Shown here: in pieces, positions 1 to 10,707 of the stretch
Layout: the number at the start of each line of letters is the position of its first letter
Numbering within the stretch: position 1 is the stretch's first letter
From: Enterobacteria phage T6
Sequence record: MH550421
Strand: one strand, 5' to 3'
Length of the DNA stretch: 64,000 nucleotides
Program-made: the position numbers and the translations under genes
The notes under the pieces: generated by a model
Told to the model about the DNA's origin: nothing
Database searches by the model: none
What the model saw: the letters and a program-made list of their open reading frames with translations, nothing else

Positions 1-353
1 CTGTTCCTTCTCCGTTTGATCGTATTAACGTTCGTCGTCTGTTTAATATGTTGAAAACGAATATCGGACGTAGTTCAAAATATCGTTTGTTCGAATTAAA
101 TAACGCGTTTACTCGTTCATCATTCCGCACAGAAACTGCCCAGTACTTACAGGGAATTAAAGCTCTTGGTGGAATTTATGAATATCGTGTAGTTTGCGAT
201 ACAACAAATAACACTCCGTCAGTAATTGATAGAAATGAGTTTGTTGCAACATTCTACATCCAACCGGCTCGTAGTATAAATTATATCCAACTTAATTTCG
301 TCGCAACTGCTACTGGTGCAGATTTTGATGAGTTAACTGGTCTTGCAGGTTAA
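1..353 (+). CDS. 18: Tail sheath protein gp18, C-terminal fragment (5' end lies upstream of window)
   Basis: Frame open from window edge to TAA at 351-353; immediately upstream of gene 19 in conserved T4 order; followed by GC-rich hairpin. Confidence 0.7.
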   Translation, partial: VPSPFDRINVRRLFNMLKTNIGRSSKYRLFELNNAFTRSSFRTETAQYLQGIKALGGIYEYRVVCDTTNNTPSVIDRNEFVATFYIQPARSINYIQLNFVATATGADFDELTGLAG

Positions 354-359
354 TTGATT

Positions 360-998
360 ATGGGGCTTCGGCCCCTATTCTCGAGGAAACAAGTGATTAT
401 TTCTAAGTTTGTTACAATAAAACCAAGAAATCATTCAAAAATGTGGTCGACAATTCTGGGATATAAAGTATCATATCATGATACAGTATCTGTTCCAATA
501 GAATTAATGCCAAAGAATAGTAATAAAATAGTTGACGCTAAATGTGATTTGTGTGGTACTAAATTTAGTAGAAGCATTCAGCTTTTAAATAGAACACCCA
601 CACATGCATGTAGAAAATGTAGCATTAAACAAGTTGCTATCAAAAATTCGGAAGTTCAATCTGGAATAAGCAGACCATGGCAAAGAGGTGATAAACATCC
701 TCGATGGACTGGTAAAAGAAAAGAGTTTGCATTATATGCTAGTAGAGTTCATTCTATAACTAAGTCAGCTAAAATAAGAAAAATCTGGTCAAAATGGCCG
801 AATGCTGATAAAATAGGAGTGTGTGGCGTAGAAGGTGCTTACCAACTCGATCATAAAGTATCTATCAAATATGGATTTGATAATTTAATTCCGCCGGAAA
901 TTATAGCAAGCGTAAAAAATTTAGAAATAATCACTTGGGAATCTAACCGAGAAAAGTCAAAAAGAAATAGCGTAGATCTTTGGGATTTACTAGAATGA
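360..998 (+). CDS. Putative HNH-family endonuclease, free-standing (possible homing endonuclease) between genes 18 and 19
   Basis: Track ORF 354..998 starts at TTG; ATG at 360 or about 441 possible. Cys motif CDLCG...CRKC, then QLDHKVS...N...N...WESNREK resembling an HNH catalytic core; position between two conserved structural genes. Confidence 0.5.
   Translation: MGLRPLFSRKQVIISKFVTIKPRNHSKMWSTILGYKVSYHDTVSVPIELMPKNSNKIVDAKCDLCGTKFSRSIQLLNRTPTHACRKCSIKQVAIKNSEVQSGISRPWQRGDKHPRWTGKRKEFALYASRVHSITKSAKIRKIWSKWPNADKIGVCGVEGAYQLDHKVSIKYGFDNLIPPEIIASVKNLEIITWESNREKSKRNSVDLWDLLE
362..376 (+). terminator. Stem-loop GGGGC-UUCG-GCCCC downstream of gene 18
   Basis: Perfect 5-bp GC stem with UUCG tetraloop directly after stop codon; weak U tract. 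Confidence 0.45.
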
Positions 999-1024
999 TT
1001 CTAAAGGCCTGTTTCGGCAGGCCA

Positions 1025-1032
1025 TATAAATA
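1025..1032 (+). promoter_or_regulatory. Candidate T4 late promoter (TATAAATA)
   Basis: Exact TATAAATA in intergenic region upstream of gene 19. Confidence 0.45.
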
Positions 1033-1083
1033 CACTATATCCTTAATTCTTTAATTCTATATGCCCTAGGTTAAACATAGGGA

Positions 1084-1091
1084 TATAAATA
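1084..1091 (+). promoter_or_regulatory. Candidate T4 late promoter (TATAAATA) for gene 19
   Basis: Exact TATAAATA about 15 nt upstream of AGAGG Shine-Dalgarno and ATG at 1106. Confidence 0.6.
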
Positions 1092-1105
1092 CTACAGAGG
1101 CTAAT

Positions 1106-1597
1106 ATGTTTGTAGATGATGTAACACGAGCGTTTGAATCTGGTGATTTTGCTCGACCTAACTTATTCCAAGTAGAAATTTCTTATCTTGGACAAAATTT
1201 TACGTTTCAATGTAAAGCCACTGCTTTACCAGCTGGTATTGTAGAAAAAATTCCAGTCGGATTCATGAACCGTAAAATTAACGTAGCAGGCGATCGTACA
1301 TTCGATGACTGGACTGTTACAGTAATGAACGATGAGGCACATGATGCTCGCCAGAAGTTTGTTGATTGGCAAAGCATTGCTGCTGGGCAAGGGAACGAAA
1401 TTACTGGTGGAAAACCAGCAGAATATAAAAAGAGCGCTGTTGTTCGCCAATATGCTCGTGACGCTAAAACTGTAACAAAAGAAGTCGAAATTAAAGGCCT
1501 GTGGCCTACTAACGTGGGTGAACTTCAATTAGATTGGGATTCAAACAATGAAATCCAAACATTTGAAGTAACTCTTGCTCTCGATTATTGGGAATAA
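1106..1597 (+). CDS. 19: Tail tube protein gp19
   Basis: 163 aa; MFVDDVTRAFESGDFARPNLFQVEISYLGQNF... matches T4 gp19 in sequence and length. Confidence 0.95.
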   Translation: MFVDDVTRAFESGDFARPNLFQVEISYLGQNFTFQCKATALPAGIVEKIPVGFMNRKINVAGDRTFDDWTVTVMNDEAHDARQKFVDWQSIAAGQGNEITGGKPAEYKKSAVVRQYARDAKTVTKEVEIKGLWPTNVGELQLDWDSNNEIQTFEVTLALDYWE

Positions 1598-1602
1598 AAT
1601 GA

Positions 1603-1620
1603 ATGGGGAGAAATCCCCAT
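1603..1620 (+). terminator. Stem-loop (7-bp stem, GAAA loop) after gene 19
   Basis: AUGGGGA-GAAA-UCCCCAU inverted repeat directly after gene 19 stop. Confidence 0.4.
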
Positions 1621-1629
1621 CCTGCTTAA

Positions 1630-3254
<1,625 letters not shown>

Positions 3255-3255
<1 letters not shown>

Positions 3256-3512
3256 TGGAAGGTTTAATTGAAGCTATTAAATCAAACGACCTCGTAGCCG
3301 CTCGTAAATTCTTTGCTGAAGCCATGGCTGCAAGAACGATTGATTTAATTAAAGAAGAAAAAATCGCTATCGCTCGTAATTTCTTAATCGAAGGTGAAGA
3401 ACCTGATGATGAGGATGATGACGAAGACGAGGATGATGAAGATAGCGATGATAAAGACGACAAAAAAGACAAAGACTCTGACGAAGATGACGAAGACGAG
3501 GATGATGAATAA
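3255..3512 (+). CDS. 67: Prohead core protein gp67 (acidic C-terminal tract)
   Basis: 85 aa, start overlaps gene 20 stop (TAATG); highly acidic D/E-rich tail; conserved position. Confidence 0.85.
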
Positions 3513-3937
3513 TGCTTCTGATCCCTGAAACTCATGAATTAGTTCTCGAGAATGTCGAAGCACTTATTCCTGAAGCACAGGGTCGCTTTGACGAATTGTC
3601 TTCTGCTTTAAATAAAGACGATATAAATACAATTGTCGAGAATATGCTTGATGATGAAACTGATTTAGCGATTGCATTAGCTTCTATTAATGAAGATATG
3701 CCGCTAAATGAATTCATCGTTAAACATGTTTCTGCTCGTGGTGAAATTACACGTACTAAAGACCGCAAGACGCGTGAACGTAATGCATTTCAAACCACCG
3801 GGCTGTCTAAAGCAAAACGTAGACAAATTGCTCGCAAAGCTACCAAAACGAAGATTGCCAACCCAGCAGGTCAATCTCGTGCTCAGCGTAAGCGTAAAAA
3901 AGCTCTTAAACGCCGTAAAGCATTAGGATTAAGCTAA
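3512..3937 (+). CDS. 68: Prohead core protein gp68
   Basis: 141 aa; TAATG overlap with gene 67; basic C-terminus; conserved position. Confidence 0.85.
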   Translation: MLLIPETHELVLENVEALIPEAQGRFDELSSALNKDDINTIVENMLDDETDLAIALASINEDMPLNEFIVKHVSARGEITRTKDRKTRERNAFQTTGLSKAKRRQIARKATKTKIANPAGQSRAQRKRKKALKRRKALGLS

Positions 3938-4575
3938 TGAATGAACCCCAATTACTAATTGAAACTTGGGGTCAACCTGGCGAAATTATTGATGGCGTGC
4001 CAATGCTTGAATCTCATGATGGAAAAGACCTCGGTTTAAAACCTGGTTTATACATCGAAGGAATATTCATGCAAGCGGAAGTCGTCAATAGAAATAAACG
4101 TCTTTATCCAAAACGCATATTAGAAAAAGCGGTAAAAGACTATATCAATGAGCAAGTTTTAACTAAACAAGCTCTCGGAGAATTAAATCATCCTCCACGC
4201 GCTAATGTTGACCCGATGCAAGCCGCTATCATTATAGAAGATATGTGGTGGAAAGGAAATGACGTATACGGACGAGCTCGTGTTATTGAAGGTGACCACG
4301 GTCCTGGAGATAAATTAGCAGCTAATATTCGTGCCGGATGGATTCCAGGAGTTTCTTCTCGTGGATTAGGTTCATTGACTGACACAAATAAAGGTTATCG
4401 TATCGTAAACGAAGGATTCAAATTAACTGTAGGTGTTGATGCAGTATGGGGTCCAAGTGCTCCAGATGCATGGGTAACTCCTAAGGAAATTACCGAATCA
4501 CAGACGGCGGAAGCCGATACAAGTGCCGATGACGCCTATATGGCTCTCGCAGAGGCCATGAAAAAAGCGTTATAA
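3937..4575 (+). CDS. 21: Prohead core protease gp21
   Basis: 212 aa, [18 protein letters not shown]...; length and position as T4 gp21. Confidence 0.9.
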   Translation: MNEPQLLIETWGQPGEIIDGVPMLESHDGKDLGLKPGLYIEGIFMQAEVVNRNKRLYPKRILEKAVKDYINEQVLTKQALGELNHPPRANVDPMQAAIIIEDMWWKGNDVYGRARVIEGDHGPGDKLAANIRAGWIPGVSSRGLGSLTDTNKGYRIVNEGFKLTVGVDAVWGPSAPDAWVTPKEITESQTAEADTSADDAYMALAEAMKKAL

Positions 4576-4578
4576 ATA
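4571..4578 (+). promoter_or_regulatory. Candidate late promoter for gene 22
   Basis: TATAAATA overlapping gene 21 stop, about 30 nt upstream of gene 22 ATG. Confidence 0.6.
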
Positions 4579-4605
4579 TTATTATCTAAACAACAGGACT
4601 ACAAA

Positions 4606-5415
4606 ATGCTTAAAGAACAACTGATTGCTGAAGCGCAAAAAATTGATGCTTCCGTTGCTCTTGATAGTATTTTCGAATCAGTTAATATTTCTCCGGAAGC
4701 AAAAGAAACTTTCGGCACTGTATTCGAAGCTACCGTCAAGCAGCACGCCGTTAAATTAGCTGAATCTCATATCGCTAAAATTGCTGAAAAAGCAGAAGAA
4801 GAAGTAGAAAAAAATAAAGAAGAAGCCGAAGAAAAAGCTGAGAAGAAAATCGCTGAGCAAGCTTCTAAATTCATTGACCATCTTGCAAAAGAATGGCTCG
4901 CTGAAAATAAATTAGCAGTTGATAAAGGCATCAAAGCCGAACTGTTTGAATCCATGCTTGGTGGATTAAAAGAGCTCTTTGTTGAACACAACGTTGTTGT
5001 TCCAGAAGAATCAGTTGATGTTGTAGCTGAAATGGAAGAAGAGCTGCAAGAACATAAAGAAGAATCAGCTCGTCTGTTCGAAGAACTCAATATGCGCGAC
5101 GCATATATCAATTATGTGCAGCGTGAAGTGGCATTGAGCGAAAGTACTAAAGATCTGACTGAGTCTCAAAAAGAAAAAGTCTCTGCTCTGGTCGAAGGTA
5201 TGGATTATTCAGATGCATTCTCAAGTAAATTGAGTGCAATCGTAGAAATGGTGAAGAAATCTAATAAAGATGAAAGCACTATTACTGAGAGTATAAATAC
5301 TCCTGATACTGAAGCAGCCGGACTGAATTTCGTCACTGAAGCTGTAGAAGATAAAGCTGCACCTGGTGCAGAAGATATTGTAAGTGTATATGCGAAAGTC
5401 GCATCTCGTTTCTAA
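4606..5415 (+). CDS. 22: Prohead core scaffold protein gp22
   Basis: 269 aa, glutamate-rich coiled-coil-like sequence; conserved position. Confidence 0.9.
   Translation: MLKEQLIAEAQKIDASVALDSIFESVNISPEAKETFGTVFEATVKQHAVKLAESHIAKIAEKAEEEVEKNKEEAEEKAEKKIAEQASKFIDHLAKEWLAENKLAVDKGIKAELFESMLGGLKELFVEHNVVVPEESVDVVAEMEEELQEHKEESARLFEELNMRDAYINYVQREVALSESTKDLTESQKEKVSALVEGMDYSDAFSSKLSAIVEMVKKSNKDESTITESINTPDTEAAGLNFVTEAVEDKAAPGAEDIVSVYAKVASRF
5292..5299 (+). promoter_or_regulatory. Candidate late promoter inside 3' end of gene 22 (possible gene 23 promoter)
   Basis: Exact TATAAATA about 135 nt upstream of gene 23 start. Confidence 0.35.
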
Positions 5416-5433
5416 TTTTAAAGGTTAACACAA

Positions 5434-6999
5434 ATGACTATCAAAACTAAAGCTGAACTTTTGAACAAATGGAAGCCATTACTGGAAGGTGAAGGTTTAC
5501 CGGAAATTGCTAATAGCAAACAAGCGATTATCGCTAAAATCTTTGAAAACCAGGAAAAAGATTTCCAGACAGCTCCGGAATATAAAGACGAAAAAATTGC
5601 TCAGGCATTCGGTTCTTTCTTAACAGAAGCTGAAATCGGTGGTGACCACGGTTACAATGCTACTAACATCGCTGCAGGTCAGACTTCTGGCGCAGTAACT
5701 CAGATTGGCCCAGCTGTTATGGGTATGGTACGTCGTGCTATTCCTAACCTGATTGCTTTCGATATTTGCGGTGTTCAGCCGATGAACAGCCCGACTGGCC
5801 AGGTATTCGCACTGCGCGCAGTATATGGTAAAGATCCAATCGCTTCCGGTGCTAAAGAAGCATTCCACCCAATGTATGGTCCAGATGCAATGTTCTCTGG
5901 TCAGGGTGCTGCTAAGAAATTCCCAGCTCTGGCTGCTAGCACACAAACCGTTGTAGGTGATATCTATACTCACTTCTTCCAGGAAACTGGTACTGTGTAT
6001 CTGCAAGCTTCCGCTTTAGTAACAATCGATGCTAGTGCTAACGATGCAACTAAATTAGATGCTGAAATTAAGAAACAAATGGAAGCTGGTGTACTGGTAG
6101 AAATCGCTGAAGGCATGGCTACTTCTATCGCTGAACTTCAGGAAGGTTTCAACGGTTCTACCGATAACCCATGGAATGAAATGGGCTTCCGTATCGATAA
6201 ACAAGTTATCGAAGCTAAATCTCGTCAGCTGAAAGCTGCTTACTCTATCGAATTAGCACAAGACCTCCGCGCTGTTCACGGTATGGATGCTGATGCTGAA
6301 CTGTCTGGTATTCTGGCTACAGAAATTATGCTGGAAATCAACCGCGAAGTTGTTGATTGGATTAACTACTCAGCTCAGGTTGGTAAATCTGGTATGACCC
6401 TGACTCCGGGTTCTAAAGCTGGTGTATTTGACTTCCAGGATCCAATCGATATTCGTGGTGCTCGCTGGGCAGGTGAATCCTTTAAAGCTCTGTTGTTCCA
6501 GATTGACAAAGAAGCAGTTGAAATTGCTCGTCAGACCGGTCGTGGTGAAGGTAACTTCATTATCGCTTCCCGTAACGTAGTTAACGTTCTGGCTTCAGTT
6601 GATACCGGCATTTCTTATGCTGCACAGGGTCTGGCTACCGGCTTTAACACTGATACTACCAAGTCAGTATTTGCTGGTGTTCTGGGTGGTAAATACCGCG
6701 TATATATCGACCAGTATGCTAAACAGGATTATTTCACTGTAGGTTATAAAGGTCCGAACGAAATGGATGCTGGTATTTACTACGCTCCATATGTAGCTCT
6801 GACTCCGCTGCGTGGTTCCGATCCGAAGAACTTCCAACCAGTAATGGGATTCAAAACTCGTTACGGTATCGGTATCAACCCATTTGCAGAATCCGCTGCT
6901 CAGGCTCCGGCTTCTCGCATCCAGAGCGGTATGCCTTCTATTCTGAATAGCCTTGGTAAAAACGCTTACTTTAGACGTGTATATGTTAAAGGTATCTAA
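5434..6999 (+). CDS. 23: Major capsid protein gp23
   Basis: 521 aa; MTIKTKAELLNKWKPLLEGEGLPEIANSKQAIIAKIFENQEKDFQ... near-identical to T4 gp23. Confidence 0.97.
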   Translation: MTIKTKAELLNKWKPLLEGEGLPEIANSKQAIIAKIFENQEKDFQTAPEYKDEKIAQAFGSFLTEAEIGGDHGYNATNIAAGQTSGAVTQIGPAVMGMVRRAIPNLIAFDICGVQPMNSPTGQVFALRAVYGKDPIASGAKEAFHPMYGPDAMFSGQGAAKKFPALAASTQTVVGDIYTHFFQETGTVYLQASALVTIDASANDATKLDAEIKKQMEAGVLVEIAEGMATSIAELQEGFNGSTDNPWNEMGFRIDKQVIEAKSRQLKAAYSIELAQDLRAVHGMDADAELSGILATEIMLEINREVVDWINYSAQVGKSGMTLTPGSKAGVFDFQDPIDIRGARWAGESFKALLFQIDKEAVEIARQTGRGEGNFIIASRNVVNVLASVDTGISYAAQGLATGFNTDTTKSVFAGVLGGKYRVYIDQYAKQDYFTVGYKGPNEMDAGIYYAPYVALTPLRGSDPKNFQPVMGFKTRYGIGINPFAESAAQAPASRIQSGMPSILNSLGKNAYFRRVYVKGI

Positions 7000-7025
7000 T
7001 CTCTAACAATAGAAACACAATTTTA

Positions 7026-7048
7026 GGGAACCTTCGGGTTCCCTTTTT
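7026..7048 (+). terminator. Intrinsic terminator after gene 23
   Basis: GGGAACC-UUCG-GGUUCCC hairpin followed by UUUUUCU. Confidence 0.75.
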
Positions 7049-7711
7049 CTATTTTATACGATAGCAATCAGGCATATCATCCGCATTTATCCAATTGCGA
7101 ATAGTTTTAGGACTAACTTTAAAATGCTCCGCTGCGTAATCAGGATTATCAAATTTAACGCCCTTTATACATATTGGAATAAATTTTTTAATACCACCAA
7201 GTTTTTCAGAAATAGCTTTACGATGTGAAATCGATATAGGTTTGTTTTTTCGTGGATGAACATGTGTTTTATAATATTCATTGCGCCCTTTAACTCGCTT
7301 CGCAATAGTTTCATCAGATTGCTTAACGCCTGTTTTTGCCTTTGATATTTTTCGTTTAGCTTCCACAGTCATTCCTTCTTTTGTTCGTATTGATAACATA
7401 TTACGATATGAAGGATCTTGCAAATGAACTATAACTGGATTTCCTCTGCCACCAATAGCAGCATTATAGGTATCAGTTCTCATAACGAATTCCTCATTGA
7501 CTAGTAAAGCTTCCATTTTATACATCTCCTCAGATGAGGAGAAAGAATAAAGAATTTCTTTTTTAAAGTTATGAATACCATATTTTTTGATGGATTTTTT
7601 GATGTTTACGCCAGAACCCATATAACCATCGTTTTCGTCAAGAGTAGCATGAGCTCCGATGTAAATTTTTCCATTGATGATATTAGTAATTTGATATATT
7701 AAATATTTCAT
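7049..7711 (-). CDS. segD: GIY-YIG homing endonuclease SegD-like
   Basis: MKYLIYQITNIINGKIYIGAH... GIY-YIG motif; between genes 23 and 24 as T4 segD; track start 7750, ATG at 7711 chosen to place GIY-YIG at N-terminus. Confidence 0.7.
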   Translation of the reverse strand: MKYLIYQITNIINGKIYIGAHATLDENDGYMGSGVNIKKSIKKYGIHNFKKEILYSFSSSEEMYKMEALLVNEEFVMRTDTYNAAIGGRGNPVIVHLQDPSYRNMLSIRTKEGMTVEAKRKISKAKTGVKQSDETIAKRVKGRNEYYKTHVHPRKNKPISISHRKAISEKLGGIKKFIPICIKGVKFDNPDYAAEHFKVSPKTIRNWINADDMPDCYRIK

Positions 7712-7775
7712 TTTAAACATCACTCCGTTTGTATATGAATATAATATCATATTACTTTGGTCTTGTAAATAACTT

Positions 7776-7783
7776 TATAAATA
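7776..7783 (+). promoter_or_regulatory. Candidate late promoter for gene 24
   Basis: TATAAATA about 28 nt upstream of gene 24 ATG. Confidence 0.6.
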
Positions 7784-7810
7784 GTATTATATTTCAACAA
7801 GGAAAATACA

Positions 7811-9094
7811 ATGGCTAAAATCAACGAACTTCTGCGCGAATCAACCACAACGAATAGCAACTCAATCGGTCGCCCAAATCTCGTTGCTTTGACTCGCGCT
7901 ACCACTAAATTAATATATTCTGACATTGTAGCAACGCAAAGAACTAATCAACCTGTTGCTGCTTTTTATGGTATCAAATACCTTAATCCAGATAACGAAT
8001 TTACATTTAAAACTGGTGCTACTTACGCTGGCGAAGCTGGATACGTAGACCGAGAACAAATCACAGAATTAACAGAAGAGTCTAAATTAACTCTCAATAA
8101 AGGCGATTTATTCAAATATAATAATATCGTTTATAAAGTATTAGAAAATACACCATTTGCTGATATTGAAGAAAGCGATTTAGAATTAGCTCTTCAAATT
8201 GCAATCGTTCTTTTAAAGGTTCGTCTATTTTCTGATGCTGCAGTAACAAGCAAATTTGAAAGCTCTGATAGTGAAATTGCGGATGCTAGATTCCAGATTA
8301 ATAAATGGCAAACCGCAGTTAAATCTCGTAAACTTAAAACTGGCATCACAGTTGAATTAGCACAAGATTTAGAAGCAAACGGATTCGATGCTCCTAATTT
8401 CTTGGAAGATTTGCTTGCAACTGAAATGGCGGATGAAATCAATAAAGATATTTTGCAGTCTTTGATTACAGTGTCAAAACGCTATAAAGTTACAGGAATT
8501 ACTGATACTGGATTCATTGATTTGAGTTATGCATCTGCACCTGAAGCTGGTCGTTCATTATACCGAATGGTATGCGAAATGGTTTCACATATCCAGAAAG
8601 AATCAACTTATACAGCAACGTTCTGTGTTGCTTCAGCTCGTGCCGCTGCGATTCTTGCTGCATCAGGTTGGTTAAAACATAAACCGGAAGATGATAAATA
8701 TCTTTCACAAAATGCCTACGGGTTCTTAGCTAATGGTTTACCGCTTTATTGCGATACCAACAGCCCATTAGATTATGTAATCGTTGGCGTAGTAGAAAAT
8801 ATCGGTGAAAAAGAAATTGTTGGATCAATTTTCTATGCTCCGTATACAGAAGGTCTTGACTTAGATGACCCTGAACATGTAGGTGCATTTAAAGTTGTAG
8901 TTGATCCAGAAAGTTTGCAGCCATCTATCGGTTTATTAGTTAGATATGCTTTATCTGCAAATCCTTACACTGTAGCAAAAGATGAAAAAGAAGCAAGAAT
9001 AATTGATGGTGGAGACATGGATAAAATGGCGGGTCGTTCAGATTTGTCTGTTTTATTAGGTGTTAAGCTACCAAAAATTATCATTGATGAATAA
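7811..9094 (+). CDS. 24: Capsid vertex protein gp24
   Basis: 427 aa, gp23 paralog; conserved position. Confidence 0.95.
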   Translation: MAKINELLRESTTTNSNSIGRPNLVALTRATTKLIYSDIVATQRTNQPVAAFYGIKYLNPDNEFTFKTGATYAGEAGYVDREQITELTEESKLTLNKGDLFKYNNIVYKVLENTPFADIEESDLELALQIAIVLLKVRLFSDAAVTSKFESSDSEIADARFQINKWQTAVKSRKLKTGITVELAQDLEANGFDAPNFLEDLLATEMADEINKDILQSLITVSKRYKVTGITDTGFIDLSYASAPEAGRSLYRMVCEMVSHIQKESTYTATFCVASARAAAILAASGWLKHKPEDDKYLSQNAYGFLANGLPLYCDTNSPLDYVIVGVVENIGEKEIVGSIFYAPYTEGLDLDDPEHVGAFKVVVDPESLQPSIGLLVRYALSANPYTVAKDEKEARIIDGGDMDKMAGRSDLSVLLGVKLPKIIIDE

Positions 9095-9100
9095 AACAAA

Positions 9101-9121
9101 GGGACCTTTCGGTCCCTTTTT
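9101..9121 (+). terminator. Intrinsic terminator after gene 24
   Basis: GGGACC-UUUC-GGUCCC hairpin followed by UUUUU. Confidence 0.75.
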
Positions 9122-9123
9122 AT

Positions 9124-10128
9124 TTAACTTACCAATTCAATCCAAGCCGGACGAAGTACATCTTGTACCATTTTAACTAATTCCTTCTTAATCAAAGACG
9201 GATTATCCGCTTGAGTTAGAGTAATACCTTCACGAGAAGTTTCTTCCAAAATATCTTGAACAGTTAGTCCCATCACCTTTCCAAAATCCTTTGGACCAAT
9301 TTCGCCAATTTTAGAAATAACGTTATTTACTCGGTTCAGTGTAACGTAACAAGCTAAAATTCCAACCAATTTGTTATCAGCTTCTGACAGTTCAACTTTA
9401 GCTTTAATAGGCTTATCAGACTTTTTCTTTTCACTAAATTTAGAGTTCTTGCATTTGATGGCTACACGATTGCGATTAGGCAGCCAAGAAGGATAACAAG
9501 GTTTCAATACATATCCTTCAGCGGTAAATACTTCGCCTTTTGCTTCAGCATTCCAAACGCATTTATTTGCATCAACTAATCCAGCATGGTCTACCGTAAA
9601 ATTATAATCCTGTACGACAGAATCTAAATCATTTGGCAATTTAATCAGCTCTTCAAATTTACCGCGACCTAAAAGTGGAGCCATTTTAAATTTAAACGTA
9701 TTACAGAATGATTCCATCATATAATCATCGACATAAGTTACATCACCACTTTCTGTAGTAACAATAATGTCAAATACATAAAAATCTTTATCACCATAAT
9801 CGACATTCTTCTGAATGCCAGGTCCAGCGAATTCGCCAAAGACTTGATAAGATACAACCGCTGAAGTTTCCATAATATCTTGTACTGCTTTAATGGAATC
9901 AGCGTAATTCTTCAAAATAATTTCATACCCAAAGAAATCTTCAGCAGGAAGAATAGGACCAGTGCGTTTAGCACAAGTTACTTTATCACGCTCAATAATC
10001 AATGAGAAATTTGTGCCATGAATCTTTTCACGAGCTACCCATTCGCCGCCAGTCAATCCTAAACTGTAAAGTTTTTCAATAAATTTAGAGTTGTAATGAT
10101 TTTCAAGACTGCTATACTTTTTAAACAT
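9124..10128 (-). CDS. rnlB: RNA ligase 2 (RnlB)
   Basis: 334 aa; KIHGTNFS nucleotidyltransferase lysine motif; [20 protein letters not shown]... as T4 Rnl2. Confidence 0.9.
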   Translation of the reverse strand: MFKKYSSLENHYNSKFIEKLYSLGLTGGEWVAREKIHGTNFSLIIERDKVTCAKRTGPILPAEDFFGYEIILKNYADSIKAVQDIMETSAVVSYQVFGEFAGPGIQKNVDYGDKDFYVFDIIVTTESGDVTYVDDYMMESFCNTFKFKMAPLLGRGKFEELIKLPNDLDSVVQDYNFTVDHAGLVDANKCVWNAEAKGEVFTAEGYVLKPCYPSWLPNRNRVAIKCKNSKFSEKKKSDKPIKAKVELSEADNKLVGILACYVTLNRVNNVISKIGEIGPKDFGKVMGLTVQDILEETSREGITLTQADNPSLIKKELVKMVQDVLRPAWIELVS

Positions 10129-10137
10129 AATTAATCC

Positions 10138-10416
10138 TCAAAATGTAATTTCTAACCAATCACCATCACGCTGATCACTATTAACTTTAAAGCTGAATCC
10201 TTCTTTTCTCAGCCAATCACCAATTTCTTCAGTAATCAATTTATCACGAGCAGTACAATAATAACTAAAATATGTTTTACCTTGTTCAGCTGCTTTATTA
10301 GCAAGTTCCGAAAAATCTTTAATAAAACACTCTAGCTTAAACTGTTTGCTTTTAAGTGCTTTTTCGCGTAATTGATTAGCAAAAGATTCATTTTCATAAA
10401 GATCATACTGTTCCAT
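10138..10416 (-). CDS. Hypothetical protein (24.2-like)
   Basis: 92-aa ORF in conserved position between rnlB and hoc. Confidence 0.55.
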   Translation of the reverse strand: MEQYDLYENESFANQLREKALKSKQFKLECFIKDFSELANKAAEQGKTYFSYYCTARDKLITEEIGDWLRKEGFSFKVNSDQRDGDWLEITF

Positions 10417-10618
10417 TTTTCACCTTTTTATTAATATGTCTTTTTCTATAGACAACTTTTTCTCGAGTTTCAAATTTATTCTTAGCAGTCATAGCTCGAG
10501 CCCATAATACAGCCACTTCTTTTGCCTGTAAGTTTAATTCACGAGCAATTTCAATGAATGACTTTCCAGACTCATGAAGAGTAAACACCACAACCTCAGT
10601 TCTCATAATCAATCTCAT
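10403..10618 (-). CDS. Hypothetical protein (24.3-like)
   Basis: 71-aa ORF overlapping upstream gene by 14 nt; conserved position. Confidence 0.5.
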   Translation of the reverse strand: MRLIMRTEVVVFTLHESGKSFIEIARELNLQAKEVAVLWARAMTAKNKFETREKVVYRKRHINKKVKNGTV

Positions 10619-10680
10619 GTTATCGAGTTGGTGCCATTATATACATCATTTTCTGATTGTGTTTTACGTGCTTTCAAAAT

Positions 10681-10701
10681 GAAGAAAGGGGCCGAAGCCC
10701 C
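10681..10701 (-). terminator. Intrinsic terminator after hoc (minus strand)
   Basis: GGGGC-UUCG-GCCCC hairpin followed by UUUCUUC on minus-strand transcript. Confidence 0.6.
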
Positions 10702-10707
10702 TTATGA

